NCBI GenBank assembly: GCA_963723235.1
Contig: CAVRPV010000020.1
Span: forward strand, 19,250-83,249
Length of the DNA stretch: 64,000 nucleotides
Origin: an uncultured delta proteobacterium
GTDB taxonomy: Bacteria; Desulfobacterota; WTBG01; CAIYCZ01; CAIRTM01
Direction of reading: 5' to 3'
The notes beneath the pieces are model-generated. The model was not told where the DNA came from. It was given only the letters and a program-made list of their open reading frames with translations, and ran no database searches. How positions within the stretch are numbered: the first letter of the stretch is position 1; each line of letters starts with the position of its first letter. The position numbers and the translations under genes were made by a program. Below are positions 39,967-48,742 of this stretch, one piece after another.

Positions 39967-42192
39967 TCACTCCCGGACAGCCTCCTGCCCATGTGACACC
40001 TCACGGGAGGAACCCTCCGACGGCGCAGCCGAATGCCTGCGCAAAATCCAGCTCTGATGAATGCGCGGTGTCCGCACAAAGTCCTGAGGTATGGTACGGG
40101 CGGTAATATCTTCAACACTGAAAATCCGCTCCAACCTCTCATCCAGCTTGAACCGCCTGGCATGTGTTGAAAAAACGATCAAACCGTCCGGCTCAAGCCT
40201 GCGGGCGGCTGATTCAAGCAGCCGGCAATGATCGCGCTGCACGTCAAATACCTCCTCCCTCCGTTTTGTGTTGGAGAATGTCGGCGGCGCTATAAACATG
40301 AGGTCAAAATGGTCTGTGCTGGCTGCAAGCCACTGCATGCAGTCCTCCCGCACGAAACGGTGCTGGTCACCGCCCAGCCCATTCAGGTACAGGTTGCTCT
40401 CGGCGCGGGCTAGATACTGCGCTGACTGGTCAACCGTAACGGTGCGCGCGGCACCGCCAAGCGCAGCATGCACGGTGGCTGTTCCGGTATAGCCGAAAAG
40501 ATTGAGGAACCGTTTTTGACGGGCCATTTCACCCAGCATAAAGCGCACACTGCGATGGTCAAGAAAAAGTCCACTGTCAAGATAGTCGCTCAAATTGATT
40601 AAAAACCGGCAATTGCCTTCATGCACCTCAAAGAGTCTTCCGTCTTCGGCGTGCTTGCGATACTGGGATTTCCCCGTTTGCCGGCGGCGCACTTTTAAAA
40701 AAATGTTGCGCGCATCAATCTGAAACACCGCCTCAATATCGCGGCGCACGGTCTCAAGCCGGCTTTCCGCCTTCCGGGCGTCAACGGATGCAGGAGCGGC
40801 ATACTCCTGCACATGCACCCATTTATCGTACACGTCTACGGCCACATTGTACTCAGGAATATCCGCGTCATAGAGACGATAGCAGCTCACACCGCTTTCC
40901 TTGAGCCACGATTGCAGCCGTGTGCGATTCTTGCGCAAGCGGTTGGCAAAATCACCTTCACCCTCAGAGGCAGGACGCGAGCGCAGATAACGCGCGCCGC
41001 TGGAAAACTGCTCATCAGTGGTAAGCTCACCGCAGCGCAGCTCACAGGCCAGGGGGCCATTATACAGCGCGTGCGTACTATGAATATTCATACGCAACTC
41101 GCGCAGGCATTGCTGGTCAGGGCTCAGGACCGTGCAGCGCCAGCCGGCAAAACGCTCGTGAAAAATCCTGCCCATAGATCGATACAGATAGCGAACCTGC
41201 TGACTGCCGCCATGGCGCTCGCCATAGGGCGGGTTTACCACGATAAAACCGCTGCCTGAGCTGAAATGATTTTCAAGCTGCGCCAGGCTGCGCCGCTCCA
41301 CATGTATGCGGTCGCCAAGCCCGGCCCGTTCGCAGTTCGCAAGCGCAGCCCTTACCGGCCCCAGTCCGGAATCAAAACCGACGAATTTCGGCCAGGGCCT
41401 CTCCTGGGCCGCGCGACTTATATCACGGGCTTCAGCCGTCAAATCATCCCACACCGCGGCATTATGTCCGCGCCATTTTTGAAAGCCCCAGGCACTGCGG
41501 CGCAGCCCGGGAGCAATACCGGCCCACATAAGCGCAGCTTCGATCAGAAGTGTGCCTGAACCACACATGGGATCAAGCATGACCGCATCCCTGCCCGCAT
41601 CAGCCGACCAGCCCGACAGGCGCACAATTGCGGCTGCCAGGGTTTCCTTCAGCGGGGTCGCACCGCCCGATACCCGATACCCGCGCTGATGCAGGGACTC
41701 CCCGGCCATATCCAGGCATAAACGGGCTGAATTGTTTTCGAGCAGGAGATGCAGCTGAATATCCGGCCGGGCAGTGTCAATCGAGGGACGCCGGTACTTG
41801 CTCTCCATAAACTGATCGACAACCCCGTCCTTGACCCTCAGCGCTGCAAAACGCGAATGATTGATGTCTGAACTTTTGACTGTCGCCTCAACGGCAAATG
41901 TTTCTCCAATACCGAAATGTTTATTCCAGTCAATCGAGCGCACGCCAGCGTACAGTGCATCGGTGTCCGGGGCTTCAAACTGAGCGAGCACCATCAAAAT
42001 ACGGCTCGCATACCGCGACCACAGACAGGCCCGGTACGCTGCGGGCATGGCAGACTCAAAAAAAACCGCGCCCGGTGAGTGCGTAACCTGTCTGCCGCCG
42101 CAGGCTTCAATCTCCTGCGCCGTCAACTCCTCAAGCCCTGCCGCGCACATTGCTATAAACTGTTTGTGTTGTCTAATCATGCTGCCTGCCAT
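39967..42192 (-). CDS. rlmKL: Bifunctional 23S rRNA methyltransferase RlmK/RlmL
   Basis: THUMP domain, PLKETLAA, DPMCGSGT, NPPYG, LYDADIPEY, DSGLFLDHR and LNLFGYTG. Confidence 0.95.
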   Translation of the reverse strand: MAGSMIRQHKQFIAMCAAGLEELTAQEIEACGGRQVTHSPGAVFFESAMPAAYRACLWSRYASRILMVLAQFEAPDTDALYAGVRSIDWNKHFGIGETFAVEATVKSSDINHSRFAALRVKDGVVDQFMESKYRRPSIDTARPDIQLHLLLENNSARLCLDMAGESLHQRGYRVSGGATPLKETLAAAIVRLSGWSADAGRDAVMLDPMCGSGTLLIEAALMWAGIAPGLRRSAWGFQKWRGHNAAVWDDLTAEARDISRAAQERPWPKFVGFDSGLGPVRAALANCERAGLGDRIHVERRSLAQLENHFSSGSGFIVVNPPYGERHGGSQQVRYLYRSMGRIFHERFAGWRCTVLSPDQQCLRELRMNIHSTHALYNGPLACELRCGELTTDEQFSSGARYLRSRPASEGEGDFANRLRKNRTRLQSWLKESGVSCYRLYDADIPEYNVAVDVYDKWVHVQEYAAPASVDARKAESRLETVRRDIEAVFQIDARNIFLKVRRRQTGKSQYRKHAEDGRLFEVHEGNCRFLINLSDYLDSGLFLDHRSVRFMLGEMARQKRFLNLFGYTGTATVHAALGGAARTVTVDQSAQYLARAESNLYLNGLGGDQHRFVREDCMQWLAASTDHFDLMFIAPPTFSNTKRREEVFDVQRDHCRLLESAARRLEPDGLIVFSTHARRFKLDERLERIFSVEDITARTIPQDFVRTPRIHQSWILRRHSAAPSEGSSREVSHGQEAVRE

Positions 42193-42220
42193 TGGTCCTC
42201 AGAAAAAAAGTGTAATCCGG

Positions 42221-43159
42221 TCAATGCCCCGCAGGCGTTCGGGCGGCAAGCATCTGCCTGGCCCTGACCAGGTCGGCCAACATGCTGTTAACCGGCACGT
42301 CCACGCTCAGGGCAAGGGCCTCGCGCACGACAGCACCGTTCATATAATCAATTTCGGTTCTGCGCCCGGCGCGTATATCCTGCAGCATTGAACACAGGTT
42401 ATCCTGCGTTGCCCGGCACACGCTTTCAACGCGGGCAACCTGCTCATCAGGGTCAAAACTGATCCCTTTGGCAGCAGCGACCGCTACCCCCTCCTGAACC
42501 GCCTGGCGCATGATGCGCCGAATATGTTCGAGCTCCATGATACGCCCGTTGTTGATATTCAGAATTGCCGCCAGCGGATTTATGCCGATATTAACAAGCA
42601 GCTTGCCCCACAGCAGCGCCTGCATATCATCAACACGTCCGGTGCATATACCAGCCGATTCAAAAGCATTGAGAAGTTCAATAGCGCACGTGCGTTCCTG
42701 CGGCCGTAAAGGGGCTATCGCAGTCTCTCCGCAACCGGCATGCCGTACATGACCGGGGCCCAGCAATGTAGCGCCATGCGCGGTTGTGCCGGCCAGAACG
42801 GGCTGTTCGGGGAAATACTCCGCAAGAAACTCAACATTGCCGATACCGTTTTGCAGCGTAACAATAACCGTGTGCGGCCCGACACAACCAGCAGCGGAAA
42901 CTGCAGCCTGTGCAGTATCAAAAGCCTTTACAAAAAAAATCACATAATCGGCATAACCGATAGACGCGGCATTCCCTGTAATGGAAATACCGTCAACCGC
43001 ATGGGTACCGGTACTGTTTTCAAGCGTTATGCCATGGCGAATGATGGCCGCCACGGACGCATCATTCCTCGCAAGCAGGCATATATCCAGACCGGCCCGG
43101 CGCAACAGGGCCGCAAACAGGCATCCCATGGCCCCGGCGCCGACGAGTACGATTTTCAT
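42221..43159 (-). CDS. panE: 2-dehydropantoate 2-reductase
   Basis: VGAGAMG, VKAFD, LQNGIG, WGKLLVN and SMLQDIRAGRRTEIDYMNG. Confidence 0.95.
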   Translation of the reverse strand: MKIVLVGAGAMGCLFAALLRRAGLDICLLARNDASVAAIIRHGITLENSTGTHAVDGISITGNAASIGYADYVIFFVKAFDTAQAAVSAAGCVGPHTVIVTLQNGIGNVEFLAEYFPEQPVLAGTTAHGATLLGPGHVRHAGCGETAIAPLRPQERTCAIELLNAFESAGICTGRVDDMQALLWGKLLVNIGINPLAAILNINNGRIMELEHIRRIMRQAVQEGVAVAAAKGISFDPDEQVARVESVCRATQDNLCSMLQDIRAGRRTEIDYMNGAVVREALALSVDVPVNSMLADLVRARQMLAARTPAGH

Positions 43160-43472
43160 AAGACACCACTCTTAAAAATCCGGGCTCCTTTCACCCGCTG
43201 GCAGCCTCGAAGGTATGGCCCCGCACGGTACATCTCATCCATTTCCAGCACGGGGCTGATCGGCCTGCTGACAAACGATATCAGAAAACAATCCGCATTA
43301 CAATGCGTGTGTCGGCAAACAGTGCCACGAGCCCGTTTCCATTGGCCGTTATGACAAAAAAACGCTTGACAATCTAAGCATATAACGATACTGTTGGCGC
43401 TTTAAAATAACCACCACATCAACCCGGCTGTAGCAGATGTGTGTGCAACCCTAACTGACAGGAGACCAAACG

Positions 43473-43760
43473 TTGGCAACCAAAAGTTCAAAACAGATGA
43501 CTGCTGTTTCCAAATTGCTGGACGGGCTCATAGCCGGCGGAAAACTTCAGGCATACACCCCTGAAACAAAGCCGCTCAAACCGGTCTGGGACAAACTGAT
43601 ATGTGCCCGTTGTGCGCTGTGTTATCTCTACTGCCCTGACGCGGCGATAAGCAGGCAGGCAGACGGTTATTTTGATGCTGATCAGGACCTGTGCAAAAGC
43701 TGCGGCATCTGCCACAGGGAATGCTGGTTTGGAGCCATCAGCATGCAGGAGGTGGAATAA
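43473..43760 (+). CDS. PorD-like (2-oxoacid:ferredoxin oxidoreductase delta-type) 2[4Fe-4S] ferredoxin
   Basis: RBS AGGAG and TTG start. KPVWD..CARCALCYLYCPD and CKSCGICHRECW. Confidence 0.9.
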   Translation: MATKSSKQMTAVSKLLDGLIAGGKLQAYTPETKPLKPVWDKLICARCALCYLYCPDAAISRQADGYFDADQDLCKSCGICHRECWFGAISMQEVE

Positions 43761-44473
43761 TGGATACCTACAGCCTTTTTGCAGGACAATTCCTGCCGTT
43801 TACAGAACGCTATCTTCCGGGCGGCCACAATGCCTGTGCAGGAAGCGGCACCGCACTTGCTCTGCGTCAGGTGTATAAGGCGCTTGAGGAAAAAAACGCT
43901 GATCTGGGAAAAGCACGCTGGGATGAAACACCGGCAGGCATATTCGCACAGCAGGAAATACCCGCTGCACCAGTCCTGATAATTCCCAAATCAGGCGAAA
44001 GCATCCTCTACATCTGTTTTGATGCTGAAGCGGCCCCTAAAAAAATCAACCCGGACCTCCTTGTCAAGAAAAACCCGGCCAAGGCCGCTGCCAGCGGTTG
44101 TGCGTATGCCGCCACCGCCAGTCCCAGCCACCCGTTTGACCTGATCGAAAAGGTACGCCGCGGATGGAATGCAGCCGGTTCGGCCTATATCCACATTCTA
44201 TGCCCCTGCCCGGCATCATGGGGCTTTGATGCTGAAAACACTGTCAGAATCGCCCGTATTGCTGTTGAGGCACGCGTATTTCCTCTGTATGAAATCGCTG
44301 AAGGCCATTACAACATTACCGTTGAGGACAAAGCTCCACGCACGGTCGCAGACTATGTCCGCAGGCAGGATCGTTTTTCAACATGGAAAAAAAATCAGGT
44401 TGCAGCGTTGCAGCAGCAGACCGACGGTGCGTATGCACAATTGAAGAACAACGCCGCGCACGAAATGAACTAA
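43760..44473 (+). CDS. Degenerate PorB-like protein lacking the TPP-binding motif
   Basis: TAATG overlap with the upstream gene. GHNACAGSG, YICFD, ATASPSHPFDLIEKV, HILCPCP..W and FPLYE, but no GDG or NxxYxNTG. Confidence 0.85.
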   Translation: MDTYSLFAGQFLPFTERYLPGGHNACAGSGTALALRQVYKALEEKNADLGKARWDETPAGIFAQQEIPAAPVLIIPKSGESILYICFDAEAAPKKINPDLLVKKNPAKAAASGCAYAATASPSHPFDLIEKVRRGWNAAGSAYIHILCPCPASWGFDAENTVRIARIAVEARVFPLYEIAEGHYNITVEDKAPRTVADYVRRQDRFSTWKKNQVAALQQQTDGAYAQLKNNAAHEMN

Positions 44474-44552
44474 GCCGGGCATGCACGCCCACACGCTGTT
44501 AACAACAACGAATGTGCATCTACATACGTAGAGCACACAAAGGGAGAGTGGA

Positions 44553-45455
44553 ATGTCAGAGGTAACCTGGACGCCGGAAGGTGAAAAACTTTTTGAAAAG
44601 CTTCTCGCTGCTGTTCCGGAAGCAATGCGTGAGACTATCAAGCCAAAACTGATCCAGATGCTGGCACAGCGGGCAGGGTCCGCTGCGATAGATGAGGCCG
44701 TAATCAAAACCATGGTTCAGGAAGATCTCCCCGAACCCCAGAAAAGCGCGCTTATGATGGCCATCGGCATGCAGCCGCCACCGCCGCCACCGCAGGAAGG
44801 CCCCGCGCTTGAATGGAGCGGTAAAAGTGAAATCATGTTTGAGCTGATGCTGGGTGAGGTTCCCGAAGGCATGCGCGCAATCTTCCGCGGAAAGCTGAGC
44901 GCTGTTATAGCGCAAAAAACCCAGGGCGGCCCGGTTGTCGAGGAGCATGTCAACGCAGTGGTTAATGAAATCGTGCCCGAACCGTTCAAAAGCAACATTC
45001 TTAAAAAATTCAAAACACTGGGCGATTTTGATCCGGCCATAATAGGCGTCATTGTCGCGCGCTTCGGAACGTCCCGTGACAAGTTGATGTTCATCATGCA
45101 TGCTGTTCAGGATGAAATCGGGTATCTTCCCCGCGAGGCCATGCTTGCAATCAGCGACAAAACCGGCATCCCGGTCAGCGCAATCTACAGTGTTGCCAGC
45201 TTCTACAAGGCCTTCCGCATGGAAAAACCCGGAACGCATCATGTCAAGCTCTGTTGCGGAACAGCCTGCCACATTCACGACACGGCGAGCACCGGTGCTG
45301 CGATCGAAAACAAAATCGCCGCCAGCACCGGCGTTTCAATCGAAAAAACGCTGTGTCTTGGCTGCTGCGACTGCGCACCGGTTGTTGAGATTGACGGCAA
45401 AGTGTATAAAGGCGCCGAGGCCCAGGCAAAAATCGACTCCATAACGCTTGGATAA
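44553..45455 (+). CDS. NuoE/HydC-like [2Fe-2S] subunit with a tandemly duplicated N-terminal helical domain
   Basis: QDEIGYLP, VASFY, CCGTAC and CLGCCDCAP. Two N-terminal W..E....F...L..VPE.MR repeats are joined by QPPPPPPQ. Confidence 0.9.
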   Translation: MSEVTWTPEGEKLFEKLLAAVPEAMRETIKPKLIQMLAQRAGSAAIDEAVIKTMVQEDLPEPQKSALMMAIGMQPPPPPPQEGPALEWSGKSEIMFELMLGEVPEGMRAIFRGKLSAVIAQKTQGGPVVEEHVNAVVNEIVPEPFKSNILKKFKTLGDFDPAIIGVIVARFGTSRDKLMFIMHAVQDEIGYLPREAMLAISDKTGIPVSAIYSVASFYKAFRMEKPGTHHVKLCCGTACHIHDTASTGAAIENKIAASTGVSIEKTLCLGCCDCAPVVEIDGKVYKGAEAQAKIDSITLG

Positions 45456-45491
45456 GCATCAAACGGTTTTTAACGAACGGGGATTATTACC

Positions 45492-47186
45492 ATGAAGCTT
45501 ACATGTGCAGAAGACCTTTCCAAATTAAAAAAACAGGGCAATACGCGCCTGTTCAGCGGCAAAATTCGCGTTAATGTCGGAACATCCACCTGCTGCCTGG
45601 CAAAGGGCGCAGAGCTGACCTACAATGCGCTTGCCTACGGTATGAAATCCCGGAACATCGACGCCGAACTGGTGAAAGTCGGCTGTAACGGCATGTGCTG
45701 GGCTGAACCCGTTGTAGAGATTCACCAGCCCGGAAAAGCCAAAATCATCTATGGCAAGGTAACGGAAAATGAAGTCCCGCGCCTGTTGGATGCGCTTGCA
45801 TCCGGCGACGTCATCGCAGACCTGGCCATCGCCCGCATAGACACTGAAGACCATGTTCTGGTCGGCAGCATTGACTATGCCACGGACGGCACCGCCCTTA
45901 CAGGCAAACACATTGCAAAACTCGAAGAAACCGACTTTGGAAAGCTGCAGCACAAGGTCATCCTGCGCAATGCCGGAGCCATTGATCCTGAAAATATTGA
46001 TGAATACATCGCCCGCGGCGGCTACGCTGCGCTTGCAACGGCCCTGGGCATGAAGCCTGCAAAAATTGTGCAGGAAGTCATTGACTCCGGCCTGCGCGGA
46101 CGCGGAGGCGCAGGTTTTCCCGCCGGCATCAAATGGCGCATGTGCCGTGAAGCTGCCGGAGACGTGAAATATCTCATCTGCAACGTCAGTGAAGGCGAGC
46201 CCGGCATCGGCATGCACCGCAGCTTTCTTGAATCAGACCCGCATGCGGTTGTGGAAGGCCTTATAATCGGCGGCTTTGCAATCGGCGCGCAGACGGCCTA
46301 CATGTACGTAAGAGACAACTACCGGGTTGCCCTGCAGCGCATTACAAAAGCCGTGCAGGATGCTACTGAATCCGGACTGCTCGGAGAGAACATTCTCGGC
46401 TCCGGGTACTCCATGAATATTATCGTCAAAGAAGGCGGCGGCCGCTATGTCTGCGGTGAAGAAACCGCGCTGCTCTCCTGCATTGAAGGCAAACTCGGCG
46501 AACCGCGCCAGCGTCCGCCCTTCCCCACCAACAGCGGCCTGTTCGGTAAGCCGACCTGTATCAACAATGTTGAAACCTGGGCAAATATCCCGGTCATCAT
46601 TCAAAAAGGCAGTTCCTGGTTCAGCGCCATCGGCTCAGAAAAAAGCAAGGGGACAAAAGTTCTGTCCCTGGCCGGTAATATCAGCAGGGCCGGTATGATC
46701 GAAGTTGCCATGGGCACGAAGATCAGCCAGATCATCAAGGTCATCGGCGGCGGTATCCCCGGAGGCAAAAAGCTCAAAGGCATACAGCCCGGCGGGCCCT
46801 CAGGCGGTGTGCTGCCTGCCTCCATGGACAAGCTCACTATCGACTACGATGAGTTGGCCGGAGCAGGTTCAATGCTCGGCTCGGGCGGCATGGTCATCAT
46901 GGATGACAGCAACGACATGGTTAAACTTGCCCGCTATTTTACAGACTTTTTTGTCAACGAGTCCTGCGGCAAATGCGTCCCCTGCCGTGAAGGTGTCTGC
47001 CGCGTGCGCGACATGCTTGATGAACTTATCAGCGGCCGGGCCGACAAGTCTATGCTGAAAACCTTTACTGCCATGGCGGATCCGATCACCAAGGCCTGCG
47101 CCTGCGCGCTGGGCAAAACCGCCATGGTGCCGGTAACATCAACCATGAAACATTTCCGCCACGATTACGACGCCTATTTGCAATAG
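45492..47186 (+). CDS. NuoF/HydB-like FMN/NADH-binding flavoprotein with an N-terminal thioredoxin-like [2Fe-2S] domain
   Basis: TCC..VGCNGMC, GLRGRGGAGFP, EGEPG, CGEETAL, NNVET, GGPSGG and ESCGKCVPC...CALG. Confidence 0.93.
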   Translation: MKLTCAEDLSKLKKQGNTRLFSGKIRVNVGTSTCCLAKGAELTYNALAYGMKSRNIDAELVKVGCNGMCWAEPVVEIHQPGKAKIIYGKVTENEVPRLLDALASGDVIADLAIARIDTEDHVLVGSIDYATDGTALTGKHIAKLEETDFGKLQHKVILRNAGAIDPENIDEYIARGGYAALATALGMKPAKIVQEVIDSGLRGRGGAGFPAGIKWRMCREAAGDVKYLICNVSEGEPGIGMHRSFLESDPHAVVEGLIIGGFAIGAQTAYMYVRDNYRVALQRITKAVQDATESGLLGENILGSGYSMNIIVKEGGGRYVCGEETALLSCIEGKLGEPRQRPPFPTNSGLFGKPTCINNVETWANIPVIIQKGSSWFSAIGSEKSKGTKVLSLAGNISRAGMIEVAMGTKISQIIKVIGGGIPGGKKLKGIQPGGPSGGVLPASMDKLTIDYDELAGAGSMLGSGGMVIMDDSNDMVKLARYFTDFFVNESCGKCVPCREGVCRVRDMLDELISGRADKSMLKTFTAMADPITKACACALGKTAMVPVTSTMKHFRHDYDAYLQ

Positions 47187-47217
47187 GCCGCAAACAGCAA
47201 CTCTTAATGCAGCACTC

Positions 47218-47259
47218 AAAAAAAGGTTTTCCGCACGCATACTGCGGGAAACCTTTTTT
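47218..47259 (+). terminator. Intrinsic terminator closing the redox operon
   Basis: AAAAAGGTTTTCCGCA-loop-TGCGGGAAACCTTTTTT. Confidence 0.88.
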
Positions 47260-47363
47260 ATGAGCGTCATTTCACATTGCATGACACAGCCGCCTGCTGC
47301 AAACAACACACAATGACGGCGCATAGAGCATTTATCCTAAATAGTATAGCCTGCAATACAACA

Positions 47364-47445
47364 CCGTCCGTTCGCCCGAGCTGTCGAAGGGTGAACGGAC
47401 GGGTTTAATACTGAAACCCGTTCATGGTTCGACTGACTCACCGCA
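47364..47445. repeat. REP-like palindromic cluster
   Basis: CCGTCCGTTCGCCC-N11-GGGTGAACGGACGG, then the hairpin CGGGTTT-N7-AAACCCG, then CCGTTCATGGTTCGACTGACTCACC. Confidence 0.6.
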
Positions 47446-47628
47446 AACAGCACACCAATGGAACAGAAAAAAAGCACAGCTTAGCAATGGCCCGGCTGCA
47501 ATTAACCTGTTGCTGTCTGGAGATAATTTTGATAAACAGATGCAACAACATGTCAATCCAGGTTCGACAGCAATCGCGTAAAATAATTTCCAACACATTT
47601 CAGGTTTCTTTTGTCGCGGAATCAGATC

Positions 47629-48680
47629 ATGCAAAACTGCCACTCCTCCATTTGATGCCACCAAGAAACCAAGACTTGTATGGATTGATATCGCCAAGGC
47701 AATCGGACTTTTTTTCATCATCATCGGACACCTTACAATCAATAAATACAATGGCAGCTAAATACATTTACTGGTTTCATGTCCCGTTTTTCTTCCTTAT
47801 CAGCGGGTTGCTCCATTCATCAGCCCAAAAGATCCCGAGGTTCATTGCTGCCCGATTCAAGCACCTGATGGTTCCCTACTGCGTACTGGTCTGCTGCGCC
47901 CTGATCATGATCGTGACAGGCCTGTACTGGACAGCTGTCGGTAAAAAACCTGCTGCTGGGCGGTCAATTCCTGCGTGACACTGCCTGCTGGAAATGGTGG
48001 TTTATACCCTGCCTTTTTTTTACACAAATTGCCGGCAGTTTTATTATAAAAACAGGCAGGCGAAGATTTGTGCTCTATGCCGCCCTCCTCTGCTATTATG
48101 CTGCGGAAATGCTGCAAATAACAAATACCGTGTTTATGTGGGGGTGTCCCGTTTGTTATATTGAAACTGCCGCTTGCGCTCGAAATTGTCCCCATGGCGC
48201 TTGTATTCTATTGTGCGGGATTTCTCTTGAGGGCCCGGTTCTTATCCGAAGACCATCTGCCGCTGCCGGTCACCATGCTCTTGGCCTGCGCAGTAACTGT
48301 GACCATACTGTTAGACTGGTATAATATAGTTCATGTGCCTTACTATTTTATGATGAGTGCCAGGAATATGGCCTCCCTCTTTTCAATATAATCATACCCC
48401 TTATCTTTTTTTCTTGATACGGGAGCTCTCAATAACGCTCGCGCGGTTCAACCCTGTAAAAAAAATACTTTCATCTATCGGACGGGCTGCGCTGCCGATT
48501 ATGTTTTTACACCTTATCCTTTCTGAATATGCCTTAAGCATTTTACCCAAGTTTGCCGATTTAAATAGCGGCAATCTCATTGTCCGGGCGCTATTATGCG
48601 TCCTGCTGCCCTGGGGGCTCTATTATCTGCTGAAAAAAAATCAGCTGCTTAAAAAACTGGTTTTGGGTGAGTGGCATTAA
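47629..48680 (+). pseudogene. Acyltransferase-3 (OafA-like) membrane protein with five or more frameshifts
   Basis: Successive frames give RLVWIDIAKAIG..IIGH, YWFHVPFFFLISG, RFKHLMVPY, WWFIPCLF, and SIGRAALPIMFLH. Confidence 0.75.
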
Positions 48681-48742
48681 AAGGTTCTCTGATAGTCAGT
48701 TGCTTTGAATGGCGGCAGGTAAATCGTATTGGGATATATAAC

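Noticed and set aside
43366-43392. Promoter for the redox operon (TTGACA ... GATACT)
   Set aside because: The spacer is 15 nt and the -10 is weak, so I could not call it confidently.
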